Position numbers and translations under genes: made by a program
From: Chiloscyllium plagiosum
Lineage: Eukaryota
Reading direction: 5' to 3'
NCBI RefSeq assembly: GCF_004010195.1
Contig: NC_057744.1
Coordinates: forward strand, 10,791,733 to 10,855,732
DNA length: 64,000 nt
The notes under the pieces: model-generated
What the model was told of the DNA's origin: nothing
The model's database searches: none
Seen by the model: only the letters and a program-made list of their open reading frames with translations
Shown here: positions 13,041-24,281 of the stretch, in pieces
Numbering within the stretch: position 1 is the first letter of the stretch
Layout of the letters: each line of letters starts with the position of its first letter

Positions 13041-14168
13041 GACGCCTTAGATAGGCCAAGTATTTCAAGTTGGAGACTTCCAATTAACACATCATTTTAC
13101 AAGAAACATTGGAGTCCAAATAAAATCATTCAAAAGTATTATCATTTTGTTACTGCTCAACTCTTCCACTTCTTTGTTTCAACCTGGACGCTGGAGGCAA
13201 CAGAGACAGACTGAGGTAAGACAGTGCACAGGGATCAAATTAATACCATGACGAACATTTGTAAATGTTCACTTGCATCTTTGCAACAATTAGATTTTCC
13301 AAATTAGTGCTTCACCCTCCCACGTTCCCCCCAATAATGTTTAATTTTTATTCCTTGGCATTTCCATCTTTAACTAACCTTGAGTTCACTGGTGGTTGGA
13401 CCATTGTAATGTACACCTGCAGAAGTAATTCCTTTATTACTCAGTATTAAAGGTGACACTTGTTGTGTGACTTGCACACAGGATTTGCAAGGCCTTGCCT
13501 CCAAGGGCGGTGGAAGATTCAATGCTGATACTGAAAACAGGATTGGATAAATAGATGAAGGGGCAAAAAAACCTATTTACCCCTTTTCCATGTTTCTGTC
13601 CCTGGTCAGAGCTGCCTTTCTCTGCTCCCATTCACTGTTTATTAAGTTCATTAGATCTTGGAGCTGAATTAGGCCATTTGGCCCATCGAGTCTGCTCCCC
13701 CATTCGATCAGGGCTGATATGCTCCTTACCCCCATTTTCCAGCCTTCTCTCCATATCCCTTCAACCCATTACCAATTAAAAATCTGTCTAACTCCTCCTT
13801 AAATTTACTTAAAGTCCCAGCATCCATCGCACTTTGGGGGTAGCAAAATTCCACAGATGAACTTTTCCTCGTTGTCCAACAGGACAAACCTCAGATGGTA
13901 GAGCAATTTCTGGCTCGCTAAAAACTATATGATCCATAGTTTCAAAAGAGGAAAAATAAGAGACTTTCTTCAGAGTAAAGGGGAAAGACCTGGATGAACT
14001 AAATAGTTCTAATAAAAAGCCAGTACAGGCATGATGGCCCAATGGACCCCAAGTACGCTGTGCCATTCTATGGTTAAAGTAATTCCACAAGGATTGGTAG
14101 CTTCAAGTCAGACAAGTAGAACATGGCTGCTTCAGAGTATCTTGGTGAGATGTTCTTGATGTTCTTAC

Positions 14169-14304
14169 CCAAGAGCTGCACTGAAGGGCCATCCCAAAAT
14201 GGCTCCGGCTGCTACTCCCAGTATAGCCACAGCATTCTTATCCGTAAACCAGCCAGTCATTGCAATTAGAGTTGTGTTCATGCAGAAGCTACTGGGCAGA
14301 AATG
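14169..14304 (-). CDS. ALG9: ALG9 coding exon 6 (AFLPSSFCMNTTLIAMTGW...GWPFSAALG)
   Basis: FLPSSFCM and GWPF motifs in ORF 14165..14350. 136 nt, CAG/GTAAGA boundaries. Confidence 0.96.
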
Positions 14305-14869
14305 CTGAAAGTGAGGGAGAGAGAAAACAAGAAGGCATAAAAAAAATCAATCATCTTAACACTTCACTGTTCACGACTGTCAAAGGAAAAAGCTAACAAC
14401 ATGAAGGGGAATCTAAACTGCAGGCCAATCAGAGCAATCAGGCTCCTAATCCCCAAACACCTTCACCTTCTTGTTCCTTGACATTTTTATGACCGGTTTG
14501 CCTCGTTAGAACTTTGCAGTTTGGAATGGTCCTCCGTAGCCTCAGAAACGTGCAAGCCCCAAATCACAACCCTTGGTATCAGTGACTGGAGATGTCTGCA
14601 AATAAGCAAGAACATGGAACAGAATCTTACCAGCCACTGAACGCTGCACTCATTGGCAAGAAAGTTGGGAAAACAATGCGAGGTCAGCCATTGGGAGATT
14701 CCTGACCCACAACAGAAACCATGGGTAGATGTCATCCTCAAATTGGCCAACAATTCCCCAGTGAAATACTGAGTAAGAAGTTGAGTTTTGGTTTGTTTCT
14801 TTCAGCACAACTCTTGGTCTTACATGTAACTTCATGCTCTCATTCCCACAAATGCAAGTCTTTACTCAC

Positions 14870-14958
14870 CAGCTGCTGAGCAGAACATCCCAGTACTCAA
14901 AACCATGAACGCCAGCATTAACCGCCCAACATGGAGCCCAAACTTCTTGCAAACAGCT
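14870..14958 (-). CDS. ALG9: ALG9 coding exon 5 (AVCKKFGLHVGRLMLAFMVLSTGMFCSAA)
   Basis: Hand-translated. 89 nt, TAG/GTGAGT boundaries. Confidence 0.95.
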
Positions 14959-15301
14959 CTAGAATATAATCAGCATGAACACTTTCATTGATACATTATA
15001 TTAAAACAATTAAAATGTTTTAAACCAAAACCTTTAAATATGCAGCAAGTCTGTCAGCACCCGGAAACCAGAGGTTAATACTCCGCATGCTGAATATTTG
15101 AGAGTTCTGACAGTCTATGTTCAAAACATTACATCTTTTCCGCATGAGCACCCAATTACCTGCTGGTTATTTTCCTGGATTAACCACTGGATATTTTTCC
15201 AGCATTCCCTTTTCTTTCTGGCAACTTTCCAGCAGTATCAATTCCTATGTAAATATCAAAACAGGAAAGCCATAGACTGATAGATAAATGCATCAACTTA
15301 C

Positions 15302-15372
15302 TTGTAGAAGTACAACTCGCAAATGCAGCAGAAAAAGGCTAAGAGACATCGTAAGAAGTAGAAGACAAGTAC
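15302..15372 (-). CDS. ALG9: ALG9 coding exon 4 (VLVFYFLRCLLAFFCCICELYFYK)
   Basis: Hand-translated, not in the ORF track. 71 nt, CAG/GTAAGT boundaries, frame-compatible. Confidence 0.95.
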
Positions 15373-15519
15373 CTGGGAAAAGAAGACCCTCCATGTTAAA
15401 GCAAATAAGTTGCAAGGTCAAACATCAACCACTAAACTAAAACCATAAAAATCAGTCTCTGCTGTACTTTAACGTCACATTCAGAGTAATGTAACCAAGG
15501 GCAATTCTATAAACTCCCC

Positions 15520-15920
15520 AAAATAAAGCAAAGAACTGCAGATGCTGGAAATCTGAAACCAAAACAGAAATTGCTGGAGAAACTCAACAAGGTTAAAATT
15601 TCAAATCCAGTGACCCATCTGCACAAAATAAAAGCAAATTACTGCGGATGCTGGAATCTGAAATCAAAAGAGAAAATGCTGGAAAATCTCAGCAGGTCTG
15701 GCAGCATCCGTAAGGAGAGAAAAGAGCTGATGTTTCGAGTCTAACTGACCCTTTGTCAAAGCTCTTTTCTCTCCTTACAGATGCTGCCAGAGCGGCTGAG
15801 ATTTTCCAGCATTTTCTCTTTTGGGGACCTTTCTGCACAACTGCTCAGAAATGTTAATTCTGCTTTCTCTACACAAGTGCTGCCAGAACTGCTGAGTTTC
15901 TCCAGCAATTTCTGTTTAAC
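15520..15920. mobile_element. Nested Penelope-like terminal palindromes (young one 15627-15825 inside an older one)
   Basis: ctgcagatgctggaaatctg-type ends. Inner arms 15665-15728 and 15760-15823. Flanking near-duplication GACC(CA/TT)TCTGCACAA. Confidence 0.75.
15722..15766 (-). ncRNA. Minimal type I hammerhead ribozyme motif, U3-A8 variant
   Basis: Minus strand: stem I, UUGACAA, A, GGGUC-AGUUA-GACUC, GAAA, CA, UC, stem I'. Activity unknown. Confidence 0.55.
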
Positions 15921-15999
15921 CATCCTTTAAGTTTCTGTGCTGTTTACATCCATGTTCGGATGCCCTTAATTAGCTGTGACCTCAGTAATATTACAGATA

Positions 16000-16480
16000 A
16001 ATCTTACTTGAGGAATGATATACTGGCTTTGGAGGCGGTGCAGAGGAGGTTCACCAGGTTGATGCTGGAGGTGAGGGGGTTACCCGATGAGGAGAGGTTG
16101 AGCCGCCTGGGCCTATACTCACTAGAATTTAGAAGAATGAGAGGGGATCTTATAGAAACTTATAAAATTACGATAGGGATGGATAAGGTAGGGGCAGGCA
16201 AGTTGTTTCTGCTGGTGGGTGAGACTAGAACTAGGGGACATGGTCTCAAGATTAGGGGGAGTAGATTTCGGACAGAGATGAGGAGGAACTGCTTTTCCCA
16301 GACAGTAGTGAATCTATGGAATTCTCTGCCCAAGGAAGCAGTAAGGAAACAGTAGAGGCAGCTTCATTAAATTTACTCAAGACACAGTTGGATGAGTTTT
16401 TGCATGGTGGGGGAAATAAGGGTTATGGGGACAATACAGGTAGGAGGAGCTGAGACAATGGATAGATCAGCCATGATCTT
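16000..16480 (+). mobile_element. CR1 3' fragment
   Basis: ORF 15960..16355 (LEAVQRRFTR, RGDLIETYK, RTRGH, VNLWNSLP). Confidence 0.88.
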
Positions 16481-17659
16481 AATGAGCCATAATAGGGAAA
16501 GGGAGATTGTGCCGAACCTTAAGGAGCATGGGATCTAATCTTTAAAAAGCTATTTAGTTTCCAAAAGCAAGGCATGACACACAAATGGACTGCAAAGTAT
16601 TTTTGGCTGCACTAATTAGTTAAGAGGAAGGTACGTTTGCTATAGTTTGTTTGTATTAACTGACTATTCATTACTGTAAGTAAGGGATGAACATGTTTAA
16701 AGTTGGTAGATCTTTAATTTTGAGCCAAGATTACAGTGCTTCTGTTTTCTGCCATTTAAGCAATGTGTTCTCTCCTGGCTTGAAGAGGAACACAGTTTAA
16801 ACCAAAAGCACAGGACAGCAATTTCTGTATCAATATGATTACAAATGTGAAACTGAATTTAAAAATGTTGTTTTACAATGTCACCTTCAATTTAATGTGA
16901 AACAGAATGTCCTGGAATGGGGTATCGTGAAATCTCACTCTGTTTAGAGGTAGAGCTGAATGATTTGGTTAATATGAGAAAAGGGCCGATAGCTAATAGA
17001 AAATCACGTGATATCTTTTCTGCCAAGATATACCTGTGTTGCTGGTCTTTCTGGACTGGGGTTGAATGACTTAGAGGGGAAGACTAAAATAGCTACTGTT
17101 TTATTTTAGGTGTTGAGTAATATAATGAAGAAACAGATTCTCTCCGGATTCTGGTTCAAGGGATGGGACCTGTGGAGGTTAAGAACCCAGGAGGTACTGA
17201 AATGACTCTTATTGCTGGGAATCAGATTGAAAGTCCTTTTATCCAAACTCTGAGTATCCTCAAAGGACAGTGGAAGACAAGTGTCACAAGGAGGCGGGAG
17301 CCTGTTGTCAAGCTTTGGTTAGCATCAAATTAACGTTCAAGTCTACTTATTTACCAAAAGCATGACTTACAGATGTGTCAAATAGTTTGACAACATTACT
17401 TACTTTAGATTTTTAGATTAGATTCCCTACAGTACGGAAACAAGCCCTTCGGCCCACCTAGTCCACGCCGACACTCCGAAGAGTAACCCACCCAGACCCG
17501 CTTCCCTCTGACTAATGCACCTAACACTATGGGCAATTTAGCATGACCAATTCACCTGACCTGCACATCTTTGGACTGTGGAAGGAAACCGGAGCACCCG
17601 GAGGAAACCCACGCAGGCATGGGGAGAATGTACAAACTCCACACAGACTATACTTAAGA

Positions 17660-18990
17660 AGTCATAGACTCAATACAGAAGAACAGCACAGAAACAGACC
17701 CTTCGGTCCAACTTGTCCATGCTGACCAGATATCCTGAACTAATCTCTCGTTTCATTTTCCAGCAATTGGCCCATATCCCTCTAAACCCTTCCTATTAAA
17801 TACCCATCCAGATGCCTTTTACATGCTGTAATGGTACCAGCCTCCACCACTTCCTCTGGCAGCTCATTCCATAAACACACCACGCTCTGCATGGAGAAGT
17901 TGCCCCTTAAGTCTCTTTTATATCTTTACAATATATCTCTCACCCTAAACCTATGCCCTTTAGTTGTGGACTCCCCCAACCCAAGGAAAAGACCTTGTCT
18001 ATTTATCCTATCCATGCCCCTCATGATTTTATAAACCTCTGTAAGGTCACCTCTCAGCCTCTGATGCTCCAGTGAAAATAGCCCCATGGTAAATCTCCCC
18101 ATAGGTAAATCTTTTCTGAACCATTTTAAGTTTCACAACATCCTACCGATAGGTAGGAGACCACAACTGCATGCAATATTCCAAAAGTGGCCAAACCAAT
18201 GTCCTGTACAGCCGCAACAATGCTCTGACCAATAAAGGAAAGCATACCAAACGCCTTCCTCACTATCCTATCTACCTGCGACTCCATTTTCAAGGAAATA
18301 TGAACCTGCACTCCAAAGTCGCTTCGTTCAGCAACACTCCCTCAGACCTTACCATTGTGTATAAGTCCTGCTCTGATTTGCTTTAACAAAATTCAGCACC
18401 TCGCAATTATCTAAATTAAACTCCATCAGCCACTCCTCAGCCCATTGGCCCATCTGGTCACGATCCTGTTGTAATCTGAGGTAACCTTATTCGCTGTCCA
18501 CTACACCTCCAATTTTGGTGTCATCTGCAAACTTATTAACTATACCTTGTGTTCACATTCAAATCATTTATAAAAATGATGAAATGTAGTGATCCCAGCA
18601 CCGATTCTTGTGGCACTCCACTGGTCACAGGCCTCCAGTTTGAAAAGCAGCCCTTCACCACCACCCTCTGTCTTCTACCATTGAGCCAGTTCTGTATCTA
18701 AATGGCTAGTTCTCCCTGTATTCTATGTGATCTCACCCTGCTAACCAGTGTCCCATGAGGAACCTTACTGAAGACCACATAGATCACATCCACCACTCTG
18801 CCCTCATCAATCCTCTTTGTTACTTCTTCAAAAAACTCAAACAAGTTTGTGAGACATGATTTCCCAAGCACAAAGCCATGTTGACTATCTTTAATCAGTC
18901 CTTGCCTTTCCAAACACATGGAAATCCTGTCCCCCAGGATCTCCTCCAACAACTTGCCCGACGTCAGGCTCACTAGTCTATAGTTCCCTG
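17660..18990 (-). mobile_element. CR1 LINE RT to 3' fragment
   Basis: ORFs 18698..18973 and 18126..18311. Highly similar to 3802-5190. Confidence 0.9.
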
Positions 18991-19745
18991 TCTTTTTTAA
19001 TTAGTTAGTTTCTGTAATTTGCTTATATTGACTATTAGGTCATATTTATACATCATATTATATTGATTTTTGTTTATTTGGTATAGTACAAGCCTTAAAT
19101 ATGAAATCTTGCTTTGCAATTCTTCCAGTTGATGGGAACTTGTAATTTATTTTAAAATTATCAGTCTCTACTTGGATTGTAATAATAACTAATAGATAGT
19201 AATAAATGGAATAAAATAAAATTCTGGTTATGTCTCAGCTGGAGCTGTTTCCAGACACCACAGTTTAGGAAGGATGTCAAGATTTGCATCAGAGATTTCT
19301 GAGAAATATATCCAGCATTAGGTACTTCATGTAAAGTCTTTTTTAAATCACTAACCATCCCAGAAAATTGAACCACTGAAGTCCTTGGGGTGTAGGAACA
19401 CCCACTGCCCTGTTAGGAAGGGAGCTGTGGGATTTAGACCAGTAACAGTGAAGGGACTGCTCTCTAGTCCCACATCTGGATGGTGTGAGACTCATAGAGG
19501 AGATACCACATTGACCATTGTTGTTTCTGATGCCTATTCCAATGCCGATATCAGTTTCGTTCCTTCAGACTTTGTACAGGCTTTTATACAACTGCTCAAC
19601 TGGGTAATCATGAACCAGATGAGATTTTAACAACAATCAACATGGTTACACAGTCAGACTAGTTTTTAATCCCAGATTTTTTTTGAATTCAAATTTCATC
19701 ATTTACCACACCAGCATTTGGGCCCCTGGGATTCTAGATTACTAG

Positions 19746-19824
19746 GATTCCTGATGAAGGGCTTATGCTTGAAACATCGATTCTCCTGCTCCTTGGATAC
19801 TGCTTGACCTGTTATGCTTTTCCA
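19746..19824 (+). mobile_element. Short Penelope-like insertion beginning at a hammerhead motif (CUGAUGA 19751-19757), flanked by a GATTCTAG(A)TTTACTAG duplication
   Basis: ctgatga-a-gggc-ttat-gctt-gaaa-ca-tc. Direct repeats at about 19730-19745 and 19825-19840. Confidence 0.65.
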
Positions 19825-21499
19825 GATTCTAGTTTACTAGCCCAGTGATATTCCCGCTTTGCCGCTGCATTTTTCCTGTGAACAGACTAAAGAAGCTGGA
19901 GTAGCTCTCCTTAGAACAGAAAAGGTTAATGACGTTTAATAATGATGTTCTATACTATGGAATTTGAGAAAACAAATAAGGAAAAACTGTTTCCATTAGG
20001 AGGGTCAATAACCAGACACTCAAATTTAAGATAATTAAGAAACCAGACAGGAGTTTTTTTTTGTCTTTCCACAGCAGATTGTTATGGTCTGGTATCAATA
20101 GACAATGGACAATAGGTGCAGGAGTAGGCCATTCTGCCCTTCGAGCCTGCACCACCATTCAATATGATCATGGCTGATCATCCTTATTCAGTATCCTGTT
20201 CCTGCCTTATCTCCATAACCCTTGATTCCACTATCCTTGAGAGCTCTATCCAACTCTTTCTTAAATGAATCCAGAGACTGGGTCTCCACTGCCCTCTGGG
20301 GCAGAGCATTCCACACACCCACCACTCTCTGGGTGAAGAAGTTTTTCACTGCAGAAAAGAAGCTGAAAACAGATTCAATAATCATTTCAAAAGGGAACTG
20401 TCTGCTGGAAAGAAAATAAATGCAAAGATCTGAGGAAAGAACTGCGACGGTACGACTGGTTTTCCAAAATGAAGACAAAAGTCTGCTGCAAGAAACCGTG
20501 ATTTCAGAAACATAAGAACATGCACGAGCAGGAATATGCCATCTGGCCTGTCAAGCCTGCCCCACATTCAGTAAGATCGTGGCTGATCTTTTTGTGGACT
20601 CAGCTCCACTTACCCACTCGCACACTATAACCCTCAATTCCTTTCCTGTTCTATCTTTGCTAGTTTTGGCTAGTTTCCGGAGGATGCAAACACCAGATCC
20701 TAACATCATTCTGAGACATTATTAATGCTAGGCCCTGGTGTGGAGCCTGATTAAACCGCTGCTAAGGACATGAAGAGTGAATCATGTAGTGTCAGCGAAA
20801 AGCAAGACTCCATCTGAGGGACATGAGTGAACCAGTTGTACTCCCAACAATCTTGCAACTGTCAAGCTCATTTCTGTCCTGGTGCTGTCCAAATATATTT
20901 CATTCTCTCCCACAATTCATCACAATGGAATGTGAACGTGTAATCTCTAGGATTGTGAATATATCCATAAATATGTACAGTGCTGGGGAAGCCAACTCTA
21001 ACAGAGTTTGGGCTGGTGATGGGTTATAGGAATATAACTGGAGTTCCAAGTCTGATCAAAATGCAACACCACCAGCTAGAATCTGCTCTCTGTTGTCAAA
21101 GAGCCTGACAGCATGATCTGGCTAGATTTATAGGTGCTAAGTAATCATTGGGAGGAGGCTGAGAGATAGGGGTAACATCACCAGACTAACAATCCAGAGT
21201 CTTTGATATCCTTAAAAGCACCATGACAGATGGTGAAATTTGAATTTTAGTGTGAAATTAAAAGATAGTTTAGTTCTAATTGTGACAATTTAAAGATTGC
21301 CATGAAAATTTCACCTAGCTCCACTAAAGTCTTTTAAGGAAGAAAATCTGCCACCCTCACCTGGTCTGGCCTACAAGTGAATCTTAACTGCCCTCTGAAA
21401 TGAGCTATCCAAGTCAAGGGCAGTAGAAGGTGGGTAATAAATGCTGGCGCAGATGGTAACGCCTTACATCCCATGAAAGTATTCTTAAAAATTCAATGT

Positions 21500-22205
21500 A
21501 ACTATCAATGAGGGGAGTACTGGAGCAGAGGGACTTGGGGATTCATATGCATGATTCTCTGAAGGTGGCCAGCCAAGGTAAAACTGTTGTTAAAAAGGCT
21601 TATAGGATCCATGGGTTTATAAACAGAGGCAAAGAGTATAAAAGCAAGGAAGGGATGCTACACCTCTACAAATCTGGGCACCTTATTTAAAGGAAGGAGA
21701 TCAAATCCCTGGAGAGGGATCAAGGAGATTTACTAGAATAATACCAGGAATAAAAGATTTTAGATACAAAGAAATAGAAGAAAAATTAGATTTATTCTGC
21801 ATGGAGAAGAGAAGATTACGTGGTGACCTTTCTGAGGTATTCAAAATAATGAATGATTTTTTCAGGATAAAGAGGATATTCTGTTTCCACGAGTTGGTTT
21901 ATCAGTAACTGGGGATCATAATTTCAAGATTGTCAGCAAGGGAGCTATACGTGAGATGAGGAGAAACTCCTTTATCCAGGGAGTTGTTAAGCTTTGGAAA
22001 GTGCTGCCTGGGAAAGTGGTAGAGACAACTCCATGGGAGTTCTTAAAAAAGACAGCTGAATATATATTTAGAAGTGATTAATTTAGAGGGCTACAGAGAG
22101 AGGGCAGAAAGAGTGGGATTGGCTGGGTAGCTCTTTCGAGAACCGGTACAAACACAATGGATCGAATGGCCTCCTTCTGCACTGTAAAGTTCTATAATTC
22201 TATGC
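21500..22205 (+). mobile_element. Old CR1 3' fragment
   Basis: ORF 21508..21690 (QRDLG.HMHDSLK) and a CR1-type tail. Confidence 0.75.
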
Positions 22206-23296
22206 CCTGGCATTCATAAAACCCACAGCCTGCACCTACAGGAAAGATGAAATAATTAAAATGAATAGTGGAATACGGACATGAAGTTACACTTCAGTTG
22301 TACTAAGTGAAATTCCCACTAATCCGGGAGTCCGCATAGCTGCTCGAAGGGTCTGCACTCACTAATCAATGTGCAGAGTCATTGACGTCTGGTTCGGGAA
22401 GTTGCTACCATGTACAGATCTAAAGAGGTCCACACAGCATCAGGAAAGATGAGAGAGGACATTGGCACTAACTTCTAGTTAGACCCCTTATAATGGACCG
22501 TGCGCCATTTAGGCAACACAGCTCACATGAAATACATTACCATTGAGCACAGATCTGCCACAATGATATTGGGGCCTAAATATATCTTTTATTTATTCAC
22601 AGAATGTAGGCTTTACAGGCTAGGCCAACATGTATTACCCTCTGGGCAATTAGGGAATGGGCAACAACCACATCGCTGTGGGTCTGGAGTCACATGCAGG
22701 TTTGACTGGGTGAAGATAGCAGTGTCCGTCCCTGGAGGCTATTGGTGAACGAGATACGTTTTTCCAACAATCGACAATAGTTCCACAGTCATTACTGGAC
22801 TTTTTTTCTAGAATTAGAATCAGAATTCCTACAGGCCATTCGGCCCAGCAAGTCCACACTGACTCTCCGAAGAGTAACCCATCCAGACCCATTCCCCTAC
22901 ATTTACCCCTGACTAATGCACCTAACCTACAGATCCCTGAACACTATGGGCAATTTAACACAGCCAATTCACCTGACCTGCATATCTTTAGATTGTGGAA
23001 GGAAACCTGAGCACCTGGAGGAAACTCATGCAGACAGAGGGAAACTTTCAACTACCGATTTTTGTTGAATTCAAATTGCACCATCTGTTATTGGTGGGAT
23101 TCGAACCTGGGTCCCCAAATTATTACCAGGTTCTCTAAATTAATTGTCTAGCAATAATAAGGACTAGTTTGCGGCATAGTCTGATATTGCCTTGACCATC
23201 GAAGAGGTGAAATGACATATTTAATTCCGAATGCTCCTCAGACCCACTGTTGGTTGAGCAGCAATAAATTGGCACACTTGAATTAAAAAAAAGCAC

Positions 23297-23431
23297 CTTG
23301 TTGGTTTGCAGAACTCTTGCATGGAACCAAGCAGGTAAAACATGTAGCCAAAGATAAGCGTAGGAGCGAATGGCATATGCTGGAGAATATTCCCAGGTCT
23401 GGAATCCCGTTCCATATAGCAAAAAGTGTGT
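23297..23431 (-). CDS. ALG9: ALG9 coding exon 3 (THFLLYGTGFQTWEYSPAYAIRSYAY...LQTNK)
   Basis: QTWEYSP.YAIRSY motif. 135 nt, AG/GT boundaries, phase 0-0. Confidence 0.97.
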
Positions 23432-24142
23432 CTGTGAACAAAGAAATGGGACGTGAGTGACCTGGTTAATCATCTCCTCTCCCCTCCCTTCTTAAAACTT
23501 GGCTATTGTTTAAAAAAAAAGCACAATGTAAAATAACTCATTGCACATTAAATAGTGATCCTGTTACAATGCAATTTTAGTGTGTTTTAGTCAATATTCA
23601 GTCACAGTATTACTAAGCATTCTTTCCTGGCAGTCTACCCCCTTATTCCATATATTTACTTTTGCCACAGATCACCACTGATTCAGCCAGGACAGGCAAA
23701 TGCTCTTTTCCATCCATGTACTTTTTCTGTCCTTTCTCCCCTCACTCCAGCAAAGTGCTTTGACTGTTAGGGTCACTGGTTGGGAACAGGGATCATCTGC
23801 GAAGTCAAAATGGTCTAACCTACATCTTCAGGCAGTTTACATAATGCACCAAAGCAGGGGGTGAAGGCAGGAGAGAGCTCACCCTCAAGGGACTGTTCAG
23901 TAAACATCTATCTCACCAGAGGAAAGCTGCATTAAACACTGAGCAATTGCACACTGCAATTAACTGAGGCAAAAGTAATTTCTACACTTTAAATGGTTTC
24001 TGCAATCAAGTTACAGTGATAAAGAAAAACTCAAGTTTGTTTTTACTTTAGTATCACATCTTTTAGCACTACTAAACATACAAGTAACTAACTTAAAACA
24101 GCTTTCACACAGCAATTGTAAAACTCAGATTCCAAAACTTAC

Positions 24143-24281
24143 AGGTTCCCAATAGTTGAACGTTTCATCGCAGTCTGAAATGTTACTGAGTAATGCTGCG
24201 CAGAACCGTGCAGAGATGAGACATTTAAAGGCTGTAGAACCCTCGGGTGCCCACACTTGTCCTGCTTTAGCACCTGATTGC
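24143..24281 (-). CDS. ALG9: ALG9 coding exon 2 (QSGAKAGQVWAPEGSTAFKCLISARFCAALLSNISDCDETFNYWEP)
   Basis: GT22-family DCDETFNYWEP signature. 139 nt, TAG acceptor and GTAAGT donor. Confidence 0.97.

Noticed and set aside
16480-17400. Unassigned sequence in ALG9 intron 3, possibly LTR-like
   Set aside because: No paired LTR, primer-binding site or coding remnant could be identified by eye.
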